From a virus (lineage: Duplodnaviria; Caudoviricetes), in IMG/VR virus record IMGVR_UViG_3300024186_000001, positions 1 through 52,221 of that record: a stretch of 52,221 bases of DNA, one strand, 5' to 3'. The notes under the pieces were generated by a model. It had not been told where the DNA came from and did no database searches. It saw only the letters and a list, made by a program, of their open reading frames with translations. Of the stretch, positions 26,691-36,538 are shown piece by piece. Made by a program: the position numbers and the translations under genes. Each line of letters opens with the position of its first letter. Position 1 is the stretch's first letter.

Positions 26691-27316
26691 GGCTTCTCCT
26701 TCCGCGCGCTCGCGGCCTTGGCTTTCGCTTCTGCTAGTTCCTTCGACGAAATGCTTGCGCATGTGGCCGCGAACTCGCGCACAGGTTCATCGTCCGAGCA
26801 AACGTGTAAGTCCCACCCAGATTTCACGCATTCGACGCACGCCTCCAACGCAACCGCCTCGCTGACCATCGGCACAGGCTCGCTCGCCTGCGCTGGCGGC
26901 GAGAGCGCGAGCCGGGACATCACTCTCGCGACAATTTCGGGGGCCATTCGCTTATACACGTCCTGCACGAATCCATCACCAGCGAGATTGTGCTTCTCCG
27001 CCAAATCAATCAGCATGTCGGAATTGGCGCCCGCGACACCAATAAGTTCACCGGCAACTTGCGTGCAGGCGAACGAGATGAGCGATGATTCGATACACAC
27101 CCGCTCCACGTCCACCGCGCGGGCCTCGGCTGCGCTAGCTCGTCGCTGCTCAAGGTCGCGTTCCTCGCGTGCGCGGTTTATTAGCCCACGCAACCTCGAT
27201 TCTTCGGCACGGGCGCGGCGAGCCTCGGCGAACAAATCGTTCGCGTCCTTGGTCACAGTAATTGCGCCACGGTCCTCTATTTCGCCGAACTGTTCATCCG
27301 TCATTCTGTCACTCAT
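26687..27316 (-). CDS. Hypothetical protein with a coiled coil
   Basis: Coupled ORF, 209 aa. Confidence 0.6.
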   Translation of the reverse strand: MSDRMTDEQFGEIEDRGAITVTKDANDLFAEARRARAEESRLRGLINRAREERDLEQRRASAAEARAVDVERVCIESSLISFACTQVAGELIGVAGANSDMLIDLAEKHNLAGDGFVQDVYKRMAPEIVARVMSRLALSPPAQASEPVPMVSEAVALEACVECVKSGWDLHVCSDDEPVREFAATCASISSKELAEAKAKAASARKEKP

Positions 27317-27767
27317 CGGCGCGGCCTTTCTCGCGGATTGAAACCAGCAGCACGAGGCGCAGGAGCGCGGTTACTAGACAGTCATCTTCGTTCGACACGC
27401 TACCTACATCGCGAATACACGCCAACAATAACACAGATGGCGGTTCGTCATCGGTTGCCGTTACAGAAACCATGCGGACGTTGTTTTTTATGCACCACAA
27501 CAAAGCATAGCCGCACAGTAGTTCGTCGGAGGCTTGTATTTCCGGGCTCGAAAATCCAGCCTCCCGCAAAGCGAAGACTTCATCGCGGCCGCAACCACTG
27601 TCGCCTTCGAGTATCTGGCCAGAAAGATTCCTCCATCCGAATCCTGCGACTGTGCGCAATTCAAATCCCATCGCGATCATCGCTTCCCATCGCAGTTCAT
27701 TTCCCGCAAGCTCGCGCGCGCGCTCGGCGGTTAGGTGGTTACTTGTCATTGGAAGTTTTCTCCACAT
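27309..27767 (-). CDS. Hypothetical protein
   Basis: Coupled ORF; the start may be MTSNH. Confidence 0.55.
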   Translation of the reverse strand: MWRKLPMTSNHLTAERARELAGNELRWEAMIAMGFELRTVAGFGWRNLSGQILEGDSGCGRDEVFALREAGFSSPEIQASDELLCGYALLWCIKNNVRMVSVTATDDEPPSVLLLACIRDVGSVSNEDDCLVTALLRLVLLVSIREKGRADE

Positions 27768-27951
27768 CGAAATGTAGATGTGTTACCGGGTAAGTCCCGC
27801 GTTGAAGTTGCAGCGCGAGAACTTCGTCGGCCAATCGGTCGAGCTTGCGGCCCATCAGGTCGAGGCGCTCGCCGATGACGATGTTCCAGATGCCGAGGAA
27901 CAGGACTAGCAGCGCGAGAACGTCGAACGAGATTTGCTCAGTGAGGGTCAT
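27739..27951 (-). CDS. Small membrane protein
   Basis: AAGGAG RBS; VLALLVLFLGIWNIVIG. Confidence 0.6.
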   Translation of the reverse strand: MTLTEQISFDVLALLVLFLGIWNIVIGERLDLMGRKLDRLADEVLALQLQRGTYPVTHLHFDVEKTSNDK

Positions 27952-28339
27952 AGCCGTTCTCCTTTTCCGCTTTCGCCTGCTCGCGCCGCGCGAAGGCCGC
28001 GAGGCAGGCTTTACCGAACGGTGTTGCCTTCATATTCCCCCCTCGTGGCCCATACTCAAGAAAGTCGTCAGAGCAAGAGTCCTCCGCCTCGTCATCGCCC
28101 CTAAGCGCCGCATCGATTAGGCCACCAGCGAACGCCATCAGCTTCTCAAGTTCCCAGGCGTCCTCGCGGGCGGGCGCGGCGAAGGTGAGCGAGTTCGCAA
28201 TTCCCTCTGCGGCGACATCTATGTCGTGCTCTGGCAAGCCGATTGCCGTTAGGGAAATACTGCGAATACCTCGACGTACGATGTCGATTACTTGTCTGCG
28301 TGTGAGCGCGACGACCGGCTCAGGCGCGGGGTGCGGCAT
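27938..28339 (-). CDS. Hypothetical protein
   Basis: Coupled ORF, start placed at MPHPA. Confidence 0.55.
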   Translation of the reverse strand: MPHPAPEPVVALTRRQVIDIVRRGIRSISLTAIGLPEHDIDVAAEGIANSLTFAAPAREDAWELEKLMAFAGGLIDAALRGDDEAEDSCSDDFLEYGPRGGNMKATPFGKACLAAFARREQAKAEKENGYDPH

Positions 28340-28556
28340 TGGATGCTCTTTTCTGCCTCTCGGCAATCTTGCGGTCTAGTGTGCGAAGTAGCTTGATGAA
28401 TCCACGGGTGCGACGACGAATGGCTTGCGCCTCTTTGTTTCTTCTCAGTCCGCTCCACGATGGTCCATCCCACGCTTCGGTGTATGATTCCTCGTGTAGG
28501 ATGGCACTCGAAATGGCGCTGCGAACAAGAGCAGCCTCTGTCGCGGAGATAATCAT
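28320..28556 (-). CDS. Hypothetical protein
   Basis: ATGA coupling. Confidence 0.55.
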   Translation of the reverse strand: MIISATEAALVRSAISSAILHEESYTEAWDGPSWSGLRRNKEAQAIRRRTRGFIKLLRTLDRKIAERQKRASNAAPRA

Positions 28557-28906
28557 TTCGCGGTTGCCTTCTCGCGCGCGGCCAGCAGCAACTCTAGCGA
28601 CTTGGTATCGGGAACCGGAAACTTCCCGCCGCCAAGGAACCTAAGTCCGTCTGAGTAGAGCATGAGCCAGCACTCTTTCTTGTGGTCGAAATAGATAGCT
28701 CCATCCGTGGAACGATCAGGGTCGAATGCCCTTGTGTTCCAAAGCGCCATGCCCCACGCGATCAATTCCGCCTCGTCCGCGCGCCGCGACGCAGAGGCGA
28801 GGGCGGAGAGGATAGCTCCCGCCTCTGCTGTCAACTCAGCCTCGCCAACGTCGCGCGAGCCGAGCGATAGCTTGATGATGTTCGGATAATGCGTAGTCTC
28901 GCTCAT
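28553..28906 (-). CDS. Hypothetical protein
   Basis: GGAGG RBS, ATGA coupling. Confidence 0.6.
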   Translation of the reverse strand: MSETTHYPNIIKLSLGSRDVGEAELTAEAGAILSALASASRRADEAELIAWGMALWNTRAFDPDRSTDGAIYFDHKKECWLMLYSDGLRFLGGGKFPVPDTKSLELLLAAREKATAK

Positions 28907-29352
28907 CGCGCCGCCTCCCCGCTGCGGAGTGGAAGCGCGCGAAGCTCGTCGGCGAGGTCCAATAACTCTGCGTCGTCAGTCATATTCGTGGCACTGTTCC
29001 CAAGAGGATACTCAAGTCGCTGCGCGCACCGTTCGCGCAAGTCCTCCAGCGCCGCCGTCTCCGCAGCCGCGTGCAGCGGGGCCGTTGCGAGTGCGAGCAG
29101 GGATTCGGCGAACAGTTGAGCGGCGATGATGTCGTCAAACGGGATAGCAACGGCTCCTTTGCAGAGGCCATGAACGCGATGGTTCTTGAGAGAGCCGTAG
29201 TTCTTCGGATTTATCATTACGCCCGAGGCGCCGTCCATATAATCCCAATCCGAGTGTGCGTCATGCAGCCACTCCATACACGGCTTCTCGCCAGCCGCCG
29301 CGCGCGACTCCGCAGAGGCCGCGAGAGATTGCAAGTCAGTTGATGAGGTCAC
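28903..29352 (-). CDS. Hypothetical protein
   Basis: Fills the gap in the coupled operon. Confidence 0.55.
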   Translation of the reverse strand: MTSSTDLQSLAASAESRAAAGEKPCMEWLHDAHSDWDYMDGASGVMINPKNYGSLKNHRVHGLCKGAVAIPFDDIIAAQLFAESLLALATAPLHAAAETAALEDLRERCAQRLEYPLGNSATNMTDDAELLDLADELRALPLRSGEAAR

Positions 29353-29860
29353 GTTCGATGCCCATGTCTCGATTGGATGCCCTGAGTTCCTTCAACTCTC
29401 CCGCGAGGCGCGCGACCTCGGATTCGAGAGCAATCCGCTCGTGGTCAGCCTTGATATACTTGCCCTGCATGTTCCGCATCCCCTCGTAGTCCTTGTTGCC
29501 CGCGATGCGTAGTTGCTCGTTCTCGGCGACGTAGAACTTGAGCGATGCCTCGGCGGCAAGGCGGCGCGCGTCGCAGGCGAGGAGAACCTGTGTCAGTTCC
29601 GGGATTGGCTGAACGCACGTTTCGATGAGCCATTCGGCCATATCAATGGAGATACCGTGCTTCTTGTGCAAGGCGGGCAGCGCGCCCACGGCCAGCGAGG
29701 CGAGCACCGCGCGCGCTACGGCAACAGCCGCCTCGCGAAAACAGTCGTTGCCAGAGAACTGGTGCGAATCACTCGCGGCACGATACGCGTCGATGGCGAT
29801 CTTGCCGAGCGCGTCCGGCGCAAGCGGCAGCGGGAGGGGCGTGGGCTCAGAAGTAGTCAT
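29336..29860 (-). CDS. Hypothetical coiled-coil protein
   Basis: AGGA RBS, start placed at MTTSE. Confidence 0.55.
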   Translation of the reverse strand: MTTSEPTPLPLPLAPDALGKIAIDAYRAASDSHQFSGNDCFREAAVAVARAVLASLAVGALPALHKKHGISIDMAEWLIETCVQPIPELTQVLLACDARRLAAEASLKFYVAENEQLRIAGNKDYEGMRNMQGKYIKADHERIALESEVARLAGELKELRASNRDMGIERDLIN

Positions 29861-30188
29861 TGGATTTCTTCCTGAACTCGAATCGTTCGTCACACTCCAG
29901 CGCCTCGTTCCTGTCGCCCTCCGTGAAGAAGTCCTCGGGCATCAGCGCCATCAGCTTCTTCTTCAACTCCTCGATGCTCTCCTCGATGTCCTCCGCGCGC
30001 CAGTCGTTGTCAGGGAATAGCTGCCACTGCGCACGGAGGTTGGCGATGCGGGTCTTGATGCTCTCGCGCTTGGCGGCGTCGGCCTCGCTGCGCTTCATGT
30101 CGTCGATCATGGGCTGGAACCTGTCGAGGTTAGGGGTGGAAAACATCGCGGCTAGGTGGTGCGTGATCGGGTTAAAGTGCGGCGTCAT
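29847..30188 (-). CDS. Hypothetical protein
   Basis: GGAGG upstream; strong codon bias. Confidence 0.65.
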   Translation of the reverse strand: MTPHFNPITHHLAAMFSTPNLDRFQPMIDDMKRSEADAAKRESIKTRIANLRAQWQLFPDNDWRAEDIEESIEELKKKLMALMPEDFFTEGDRNEALECDERFEFRKKSNDYF

Positions 30189-30262
30189 GGCTGGCTCGCC
30201 TCCGGGCGCGCGGGATTGGGTGCAGGGCCAGCGCGTGATTAGCGCACCGGCCCCATTACAAA

Positions 30263-30859
30263 CTAGAACGGAAGCCGATCTTCATTCGCGGCGCTCGCCG
30301 CCAGTGGCGGCGGCGCTGGCGCTGGTGCCTTCGGCGGCGGACCACCCACAGCGTTCGCCCCGCCAAGCGTCGCGCGCAGCTTCGAGTCAAACTGCGCGGC
30401 CATCTTCTTCACCGTGTCAGCGTCGGCCTTCTGGAGCGCACCGCCGGTCAGCTTCGCCGGGTCAGTGTTGCCAGCGGCCATGCGCTTCACGCGGCGATTG
30501 GTCTGGCCGTTGTAAGTCTCGTCCTCGACCAAGAAGATTGCCTCGACGCCGTGAACTTCAAGACCGGCGAGGGCCGCGATGGACTTCCCATCCCAACCGA
30601 TAGTCGCCATGATCTCGCGACACGAAATCTCGTTTGGGTTGCCGTCCTTCTTGACGAGGAACAGGAAGTGGCGGATTTCGCTCTGCTCGTCCGTCACGTC
30701 ATACCACGTCCCCGCGTTCTGTCCTTCGGCGGGCGGCTCGAAATACTGAGTGATTGAAAACTGAATCGCGTACTGAGGCAGGTTGTTCTTGGGATGCACA
30801 GAGAGTGCCCCCTCGATGATCGTGCCCTTGTGGATGCCAGTGCGTGCGCAGAAAGCCAT
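30263..30859 (-). CDS. DUF669/GP2.5-like single-stranded DNA-binding protein
   Basis: Follows the Sak4-like ATPase; VEDETYNGQ beta motif; Pro/Ala linker and EDRLPF tail. Confidence 0.75.
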   Translation of the reverse strand: MAFCARTGIHKGTIIEGALSVHPKNNLPQYAIQFSITQYFEPPAEGQNAGTWYDVTDEQSEIRHFLFLVKKDGNPNEISCREIMATIGWDGKSIAALAGLEVHGVEAIFLVEDETYNGQTNRRVKRMAAGNTDPAKLTGGALQKADADTVKKMAAQFDSKLRATLGGANAVGGPPPKAPAPAPPPLAASAANEDRLPF

Positions 30860-30860
30860 G

Positions 30861-31739
30861 TTACTTTCCTCCTTTGAGGACGATGGGCCAGAGCGATGCG
30901 TCGCCTTCGATCACTTCCATTGGTTCGCGCAGGCTTCTGGATTTTGCCATACAGTGTGGCGCTTCGGTTGGATACAAAGTACGAGTCCCTGACCCGGTTG
31001 CCTTCCCTGACTTGTCATCCACGACCACATCGTAGCCGATGAAGAACAAGTTGTCGCACATTTCCTTGAGCTTCAAACGGATGGACGCCTTACCGCTGAC
31101 CGGCGATTGCAGGCGAGGCTCCCACCGCTTCCAATCGCGGCCCTGCGGGTTTGGCGCGTCCGTCACGCAGTCGTGCGAGATACACACTACAAGGCGTCCG
31201 GCGTCCGCGTGCTGGTCGAGCAACGTGAACAGCGGCAGGAACGTCTCATAAACGTGCTGGTAGCCCTTGCCGTAGCCATAGTTCTCAACGCTGGTGGCGC
31301 GCTTGCCTGTCTCCGTGGTGATTGTGGCGAGCGTGTGCGCGACGGCGTATTCCTCCGCGCGGCTCAGGTCGTCGATCACGATGCTCTTGACGCCTTCCCA
31401 TAGAGAGTCATTCGAGAGCGCCGCGATTAGATGCGCCCACGAACGAATGCGAATGCGCGTCACGTCCATTTCATCGGTACCCTTGTCGAGCGCGAGGAAC
31501 ACAACCGGCTTGGGCGCGGTGGCGGCGAGCGTGCTTTTGCCAATGCCGCCGCCTCCGTAGATGCAGACGACCTTGCCGCTTCGCTTCACGCCTGATTCGA
31601 CCTCGAACGTCATCGGCTGGCCGTTCGCGGGCGCGGGTGCCCCTGCCATGCGTCCTGCTGGCGGTGGCGGTGCCTTCGGAAGCGCCGGGGCCTTTGGTGC
31701 GGGCGCGGGCGCTGGTGCGGCTACTGCTGTGTCACTCAT
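30861..31739 (-). CDS. AAA_24 / Sak4-like recombination ATPase
   Basis: IYGGGGIGKST Walker A, IVIDDLS Walker B, YGYGKGY, CISH, AKSR. Confidence 0.88.
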   Translation of the reverse strand: MSDTAVAAPAPAPAPKAPALPKAPPPPAGRMAGAPAPANGQPMTFEVESGVKRSGKVVCIYGGGGIGKSTLAATAPKPVVFLALDKGTDEMDVTRIRIRSWAHLIAALSNDSLWEGVKSIVIDDLSRAEEYAVAHTLATITTETGKRATSVENYGYGKGYQHVYETFLPLFTLLDQHADAGRLVVCISHDCVTDAPNPQGRDWKRWEPRLQSPVSGKASIRLKLKEMCDNLFFIGYDVVVDDKSGKATGSGTRTLYPTEAPHCMAKSRSLREPMEVIEGDASLWPIVLKGGK

Positions 31740-32770
31740 GGCGACACCTCCTGTGGGGTAGTGGTGAGTTCCGGGTGCTTGTCCTCGATGATGATGTAGC
31801 CCTGTGGCGGCAGGCTCCCCGACTCGTGAACATAGCCAGTCGTACAGAGTTCAAAGAAGGGGCACTTGCCGGGGCGAAGGCAGGCTTGGGTGTTACGATA
31901 CCACCGCTCGTTCTTGCGGGCTTCGTGGATGGTGCGCTGCGTGTCCCACAACTCTTGCTCAAACTCGCGTAGGTCGTGCGAGGCGCGGGGAACTTCATTG
32001 CGGGCAAAGTAGAAGTCCGGTCGCTGCGTGCAATCGTCGAGCAGGCGCGCGCCGAACATCTGCGGTGTCTCGCGCTCCAAGTCGGCGGGCACCACAACGT
32101 CAATGCCGTAATACTTGCCGGAGTCGCGCAGCACCGCTACGTCGGCCTTGGAGAGCTTGCGAGGATTGATTGCGGGCTTGCGGACCACATCGTACACACA
32201 AGTCACGACATCCCACCCGCTCATCTTGGCCCCGAGCATTTCGAGAGACACCTGTTGATCCATGCGCAGACGAAGCCAATAATCAGACTGAGGCGAAATG
32301 TCCTCGCTCGACGTTTTGTGTTCCATGACGGCGAGCCTGCCATCGGCGAGGCGCACGATCTTGTCGATTTTGCCGGACACGTTGAACACGGGCGTTGCGG
32401 CCCCGGTTTCCGGGTTGATGATGCGACCGCTGAACACTAGCTCAGAGTCCAGCACTTCGACCTGAGACTCGGACCAGCGCCAAGCGTATCCGAGAAGGAG
32501 CGTCGCAACCGTGAAGCGTTCGACCTCCCACTCCGTCTTGTCCGCGCCTTCGGGTAGTTCGCGTTCGTACTTTGCACAGGCAGATTCAAAGACGGCCTGC
32601 GGTGTCGCGCCGCGAGCGAGTTCGTCGAGTCCTTCATGGAAAACAGAGCCAAGGCGCAAAGGCTTCGACTCGCGCGCAGAACGCAATCCGAGTTCCTGCT
32701 GGAAAAAATATCTACGGGGGCACGCCTTGTAGGTGGACATGCTGGAGTTAGTGAGAATGTTGTCGCTCAT
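31736..32770 (-). CDS. PD-(D/E)XK exonuclease (RecB/Cas4-like)
   Basis: Start placed at MSDNILTNSS; CPRR, GSVFHE, GKIDKI..MEHKT, QVSLE, C-terminal Cys cluster. Confidence 0.88.
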   Translation of the reverse strand: MSDNILTNSSMSTYKACPRRYFFQQELGLRSARESKPLRLGSVFHEGLDELARGATPQAVFESACAKYERELPEGADKTEWEVERFTVATLLLGYAWRWSESQVEVLDSELVFSGRIINPETGAATPVFNVSGKIDKIVRLADGRLAVMEHKTSSEDISPQSDYWLRLRMDQQVSLEMLGAKMSGWDVVTCVYDVVRKPAINPRKLSKADVAVLRDSGKYYGIDVVVPADLERETPQMFGARLLDDCTQRPDFYFARNEVPRASHDLREFEQELWDTQRTIHEARKNERWYRNTQACLRPGKCPFFELCTTGYVHESGSLPPQGYIIIEDKHPELTTTPQEVSP

Positions 32771-33078
32771 GTCCGCTTCGCCCCCTTCGCCGCCTTGCGC
32801 TTCGCTGACCGCAACTCTCGGCTGGTTAGCTGCCTGAGTTTGCGCCCAACGGCCTCGCGCTGCTGAATCTTCCGCCACGCCTTCACCAGCATGAGCGCGG
32901 TCGGCAACGTCACCGTGCGCGTCCCGCTTTTCCACCGGCTCAATACGCTTGGGTCGGTGTCCGCGAGTTGCGCGATGCGCCGGAAGGTTCCCGGCGTTGA
33001 ATCGCACGCCTTGAACATGGCGGCGATTTCTGCTTCGATGGGGTGTTGGTTTGTGTTCATGGCTGATGGTTGTGTCAT
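32767..33078 (-). CDS. XRE/Cro-like HTH protein (start may be 33060)
   Basis: FRRIAQLADTDPSVLSRWKSG; TTGACA on the - strand at 33092-33097. Confidence 0.75.
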   Translation of the reverse strand: MTQPSAMNTNQHPIEAEIAAMFKACDSTPGTFRRIAQLADTDPSVLSRWKSGTRTVTLPTALMLVKAWRKIQQREAVGRKLRQLTSRELRSAKRKAAKGAKRT

Positions 33079-33140
33079 GGCTTGTTGGCCGTGTCAAGTG
33101 GCATCTTGCGATTTATTTCGCAACCGCGCGCCGCGGTGGG

Positions 33141-34031
33141 TCAGAGGCCTTCAACGATTGTCTCCCGCTTGTCAGCAACGTCCGCCAACTGCTCTTTAGT
33201 CGTTTCTTCGCGATCAAGTGCCTCGTCCCACCTACCCTCGTCGCGCACGCCTTCTACGAATCGCCGAACGAGGCCAGATAGAAGTTTCGGCTCCAGCGCA
33301 TCTAGCTCCCACGACTTCTCTCCGAACTCTGCGAGGTAACCGTTGAACCGTGCATCGGTAGCCTTCGCGGGATTTGGTGGCGGCGAATACTTGTCCACCT
33401 GCTCTCGGTTGAGGGCGAGCCGTTGAAGTTCCACGCCGCCCATGAACAGCGCCAGCCGCTCGCGTATGTCTCGGGTCATGTCGATGCCGCTTGGGTCGTG
33501 GTCGCCGAAGTGCAAGACGATAGGCTCTTGCCCACGGTCCTTGATGCGCTCAAGACGCTGGCCCGCCGCCCACATCTCGGACTGCGACGTGTAACCACGA
33601 CAAGCAAACATTGGAACGTCTAACTCGTCGCAGATTCTTTGGAACACGCCCGCAAGGGCCTCCTTCTCAATCCACACTTCAACGCGACATGGCTGAGAGT
33701 CCCACTTGTCCAAGCGAAATTGCTTGGCGCATGAGCGCACGATCTCGGGCGCGCTTTCCCAATGAGAGAGCGAGTGCAGGTTGCGTGTGCGGTCCTCGAT
33801 GGCATCCCAATCAATCAGGCCAGCGAGCCTTCCGTCGTTGATTAGTGAGCCTAGATTTTTGTATTCTTTGAGGCTGTTCGCTATCAAGTCGCGTGACACA
33901 AACTGATAGTAAAGCTGGCGCAATGTGAGACTGTAGCCCTGCGCATCATACTCTGCAATGATGGCGTTGGCCGTCTCGATTGTCCTTATGGACTCTGCCC
34001 GGAACTTCTTGGGGACGTATTCGATCTTCAT
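33141..34031 (-). CDS. Topoisomerase VI subunit A/Spo11-like Toprim-domain protein
   Basis: LTLRQLYYQ, VEVWIEKEAL, CRGY, LHFGDHDPSG, WELDAL. Confidence 0.78.
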   Translation of the reverse strand: MKIEYVPKKFRAESIRTIETANAIIAEYDAQGYSLTLRQLYYQFVSRDLIANSLKEYKNLGSLINDGRLAGLIDWDAIEDRTRNLHSLSHWESAPEIVRSCAKQFRLDKWDSQPCRVEVWIEKEALAGVFQRICDELDVPMFACRGYTSQSEMWAAGQRLERIKDRGQEPIVLHFGDHDPSGIDMTRDIRERLALFMGGVELQRLALNREQVDKYSPPPNPAKATDARFNGYLAEFGEKSWELDALEPKLLSGLVRRFVEGVRDEGRWDEALDREETTKEQLADVADKRETIVEGL

Positions 34032-34315
34032 GCCTCTGCCTCCATTTCGTTGTCCACGTCGTACATGCTCGCGCCCGTGGCCGCTGGCAGGATGAGCGCG
34101 ATGCCAGCGTCAGCGAGGATGCGCTTAAGCAGCGCATTTTCCTTGGCGATCTCGGCTTTGTCGCGGGTGAGCGCCTGAATCTGATGCGCAGCCGCCTCCG
34201 GGTCGTTGCGAAAACGGCGCGCGTTCGCCTTCTCGCGGTCTGCCTTGCGGCGGTTTGCTGCTCTCGCCTTCGCGCCGCTGCGGGTGTCGGGGTTGAGAAT
34301 GTCGCCGTGCCTCAT
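34028..34315 (-). CDS. Hypothetical basic coiled-coil protein
   Basis: GGAGG RBS, start placed at MRHGD. Confidence 0.6.
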   Translation of the reverse strand: MRHGDILNPDTRSGAKARAANRRKADREKANARRFRNDPEAAAHQIQALTRDKAEIAKENALLKRILADAGIALILPAATGASMYDVDNEMEAEA

Positions 34316-34728
34316 GGCGTCGCCTCCAAGGCTATTCTGCTTACGCTCTCCGAATAGTAGCCGTTGGATTCTCCGAGCCAGCGCACCGTCACGCTGCCTT
34401 TGGATGTGCCGAACTTGTAGAACGTCCAAGTCCAGCTATCGGGATACGGTGGCGGCGGTTCTCCTCCCTTTGACGACACTTCTTCGGCCTCTACAAGCGG
34501 CGAGCCTTGCAGGTCAGACAACTCTCCGCAGATGTCCTCGATATTCACGGACTCGCAACAGTCTTGCGAATGATAGAATCGGAACCCCGAGCCGTCGGCG
34601 CGCAGGAACTCTAGCGCATCGTCATTGTTGCTGCGCCAAGAATCCTCGCGCTCCTCGCGCGGCCTCAGTGCGACGACTCGCTCGAACGTCTGCCCAATCA
34701 TGTCATCAAAAACACGAACGTCGCTCAT
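34312..34728 (-). CDS. Conserved phage protein with an H.QDCCE motif (DUF7448-like)
   Basis: AAGGAGG RBS; FYHSQDCCESV, TWTFYKFGT.KG.V..RWLGESNGYYSE. Confidence 0.75.
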   Translation of the reverse strand: MSDVRVFDDMIGQTFERVVALRPREEREDSWRSNNDDALEFLRADGSGFRFYHSQDCCESVNIEDICGELSDLQGSPLVEAEEVSSKGGEPPPPYPDSWTWTFYKFGTSKGSVTVRWLGESNGYYSESVSRIALEATP

Positions 34729-34877
34729 GGCAACCTCCTTTGGCTCTTGGTCGAATGTCCCGCCGCGCGTGACTTGCGGCGCATCTGTGCGCGATTGTGG
34801 GCGCGCGCCGCGCTGCCGATGACGCACAGCGCGAACGCGAGAAGGGCGTATGCGATGATTGCTTGGGATGGTGACAT
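34725..34877 (-). CDS. Small membrane peptide
   Basis: IIAYALLAFALCVIG; coupled at both ends. Confidence 0.5.
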   Translation of the reverse strand: MSPSQAIIAYALLAFALCVIGSAARAHNRAQMRRKSRAAGHSTKSQRRLP

Positions 34878-35665
34878 CACTCGGCTCCGTTCTCGATGCG
34901 GTTGCAAACGCGTGCAAGAGCATCAGCGCCACCCTGAAAGTAGTGCTTGGAAAACTCGTTGGTCGCACCTTTGACCTCGGCATTGCACGAGTCGAACTCA
35001 CGGAATGCGCCAGAGAGGCACCGCTCGCGCTCCTTGGCGACCGCCTCGCGCACGGCAAGATCGCGGGCACGCATTGATTCTTCCAGCGTAACGCAAGGGA
35101 CGGACGCGACCTTGTTTATCGCAGCCTTCGCCTCGCCGCGCTCGCGCTCGGCTGACTCCGCACGGGCCTTCAAATCTTCGCAGCCTTGGTGCAGCACTTG
35201 GATTTCGGCTTTCCTGTCCTCCGCGACTATGAACCAGTCTGTTGCCCCAGCGACTGCGTTCGTCGCCGCGAGCGAGGGCGATGCCGTTTCCGCGTTCTCA
35301 ATCGACCGCGCGGCTGCGTTCAGGCGCGCGCAATGACGGTCTGCGTCGAACGCTGTCGCCATGTCAGAACTCCACACCGTCACGCCTAGATGGTGAGTGT
35401 CCACTATTTGCCACCCTTCGAGCGTGCGCTGCACTTCAAACCTCGGCTTGGCCTCTTGCGCCTGCTGCGGCTCGCGCGCGGCGGATTCGAGCGCAAGAAT
35501 GCGCTTCTCTATCGCTGGCTCCATGACGAAGATTGGCGCGTCGATCTTTGCTTCGAGCACCTTCAACCGCGCCTCGAAGCCATCGCCTCTCTTGGTGGTT
35601 CCTTGCGCGTGTCCTTCGAGAAACGCCAAACGGCATTCAGTTGTTGCGTTGTTGGTCGTGTCCAT
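34877..35665 (-). CDS. Hypothetical coiled-coil protein
   Basis: GAGG RBS; 262 aa. Confidence 0.65.
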   Translation of the reverse strand: MDTTNNATTECRLAFLEGHAQGTTKRGDGFEARLKVLEAKIDAPIFVMEPAIEKRILALESAAREPQQAQEAKPRFEVQRTLEGWQIVDTHHLGVTVWSSDMATAFDADRHCARLNAAARSIENAETASPSLAATNAVAGATDWFIVAEDRKAEIQVLHQGCEDLKARAESAERERGEAKAAINKVASVPCVTLEESMRARDLAVREAVAKERERCLSGAFREFDSCNAEVKGATNEFSKHYFQGGADALARVCNRIENGAE

Positions 35666-35692
35666 GTCACGCCTCGCTTTCGTGGTCGATGG

Positions 35693-36538
35693 TCAGCTTC
35701 GTGGTGTGGGTTCCGGCGTGCGGCTATGCCCGCCGAATGGGCCAGCCTGCACGATCGGATCGGTCGGATGGAAGTAGTGGTTTCGCAGCCTGTAGATGTT
35801 CACGCCGCCCTCGAATGTGTAGTTGTGCCAGTTTTCGGGCTTCCACTCTAGTTGGCCGTCTCCTTTGCGAAGCTCGCTCATCGCACAATCCCATCGCTGC
35901 TCTGGCGACAGCTCGTCCCACCAGTGTTCAGATACTTCGTCGAGCGGCCATCCGACGCGCCTGCACGCGAGTCGCCAGCTTGGGAACGAGTCGGACACGC
36001 TGTAGTGCATGACAACCGGCTCGGAGTCGTCGGTCTCCAAGAAATCAGCGACTTCCTCCCACTCGTATGTCGCGTTCCCATTCCACTTTCTGAGGATGCC
36101 AGCGGAGACACCTTCGCGCACAATCGCCGCGAGCCATTTCCTGTTCTGTCCATCCACCCATGCGTGTATCTCGCACTGGGCGTGTAACCTCGCCAGAAAC
36201 TTGATTGCATCGGATCCAGCAACCATCGCCGTGTTAAGGAGGACGCTCCAAGGGCTGTGTCTCTTATCGTCGCCGCGAGAGTACACAGAGACATCATCGT
36301 TCTCTCGCAGGCCGTGCCGCGAAAACCAGAAGGCGATGGCGTCCGCCGGGTCGTGTCGCTTGAATAATTCCGCGTGCGCTGAGTCGGGGAGAGCCAGCTT
36401 CAACCACCCATCATCCTTGCGGACATCGCTAAGGGCACCGCGAAGAATCTCGCGAGTGACCGACTCGGCGTAGTGCCTGGCCGATCCCGATAGCAGAACG
36501 AGGCTATGGTTGCGCGTAGAGAATGCAACATAGCTCAT
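35693..36538 (-). CDS. Hypothetical Trp-rich protein (281 aa)
   Basis: AAGGAGG RBS; ARLHAQCEIHAWVDG. Confidence 0.7.
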   Translation of the reverse strand: MSYVAFSTRNHSLVLLSGSARHYAESVTREILRGALSDVRKDDGWLKLALPDSAHAELFKRHDPADAIAFWFSRHGLRENDDVSVYSRGDDKRHSPWSVLLNTAMVAGSDAIKFLARLHAQCEIHAWVDGQNRKWLAAIVREGVSAGILRKWNGNATYEWEEVADFLETDDSEPVVMHYSVSDSFPSWRLACRRVGWPLDEVSEHWWDELSPEQRWDCAMSELRKGDGQLEWKPENWHNYTFEGGVNIYRLRNHYFHPTDPIVQAGPFGGHSRTPEPTPRS

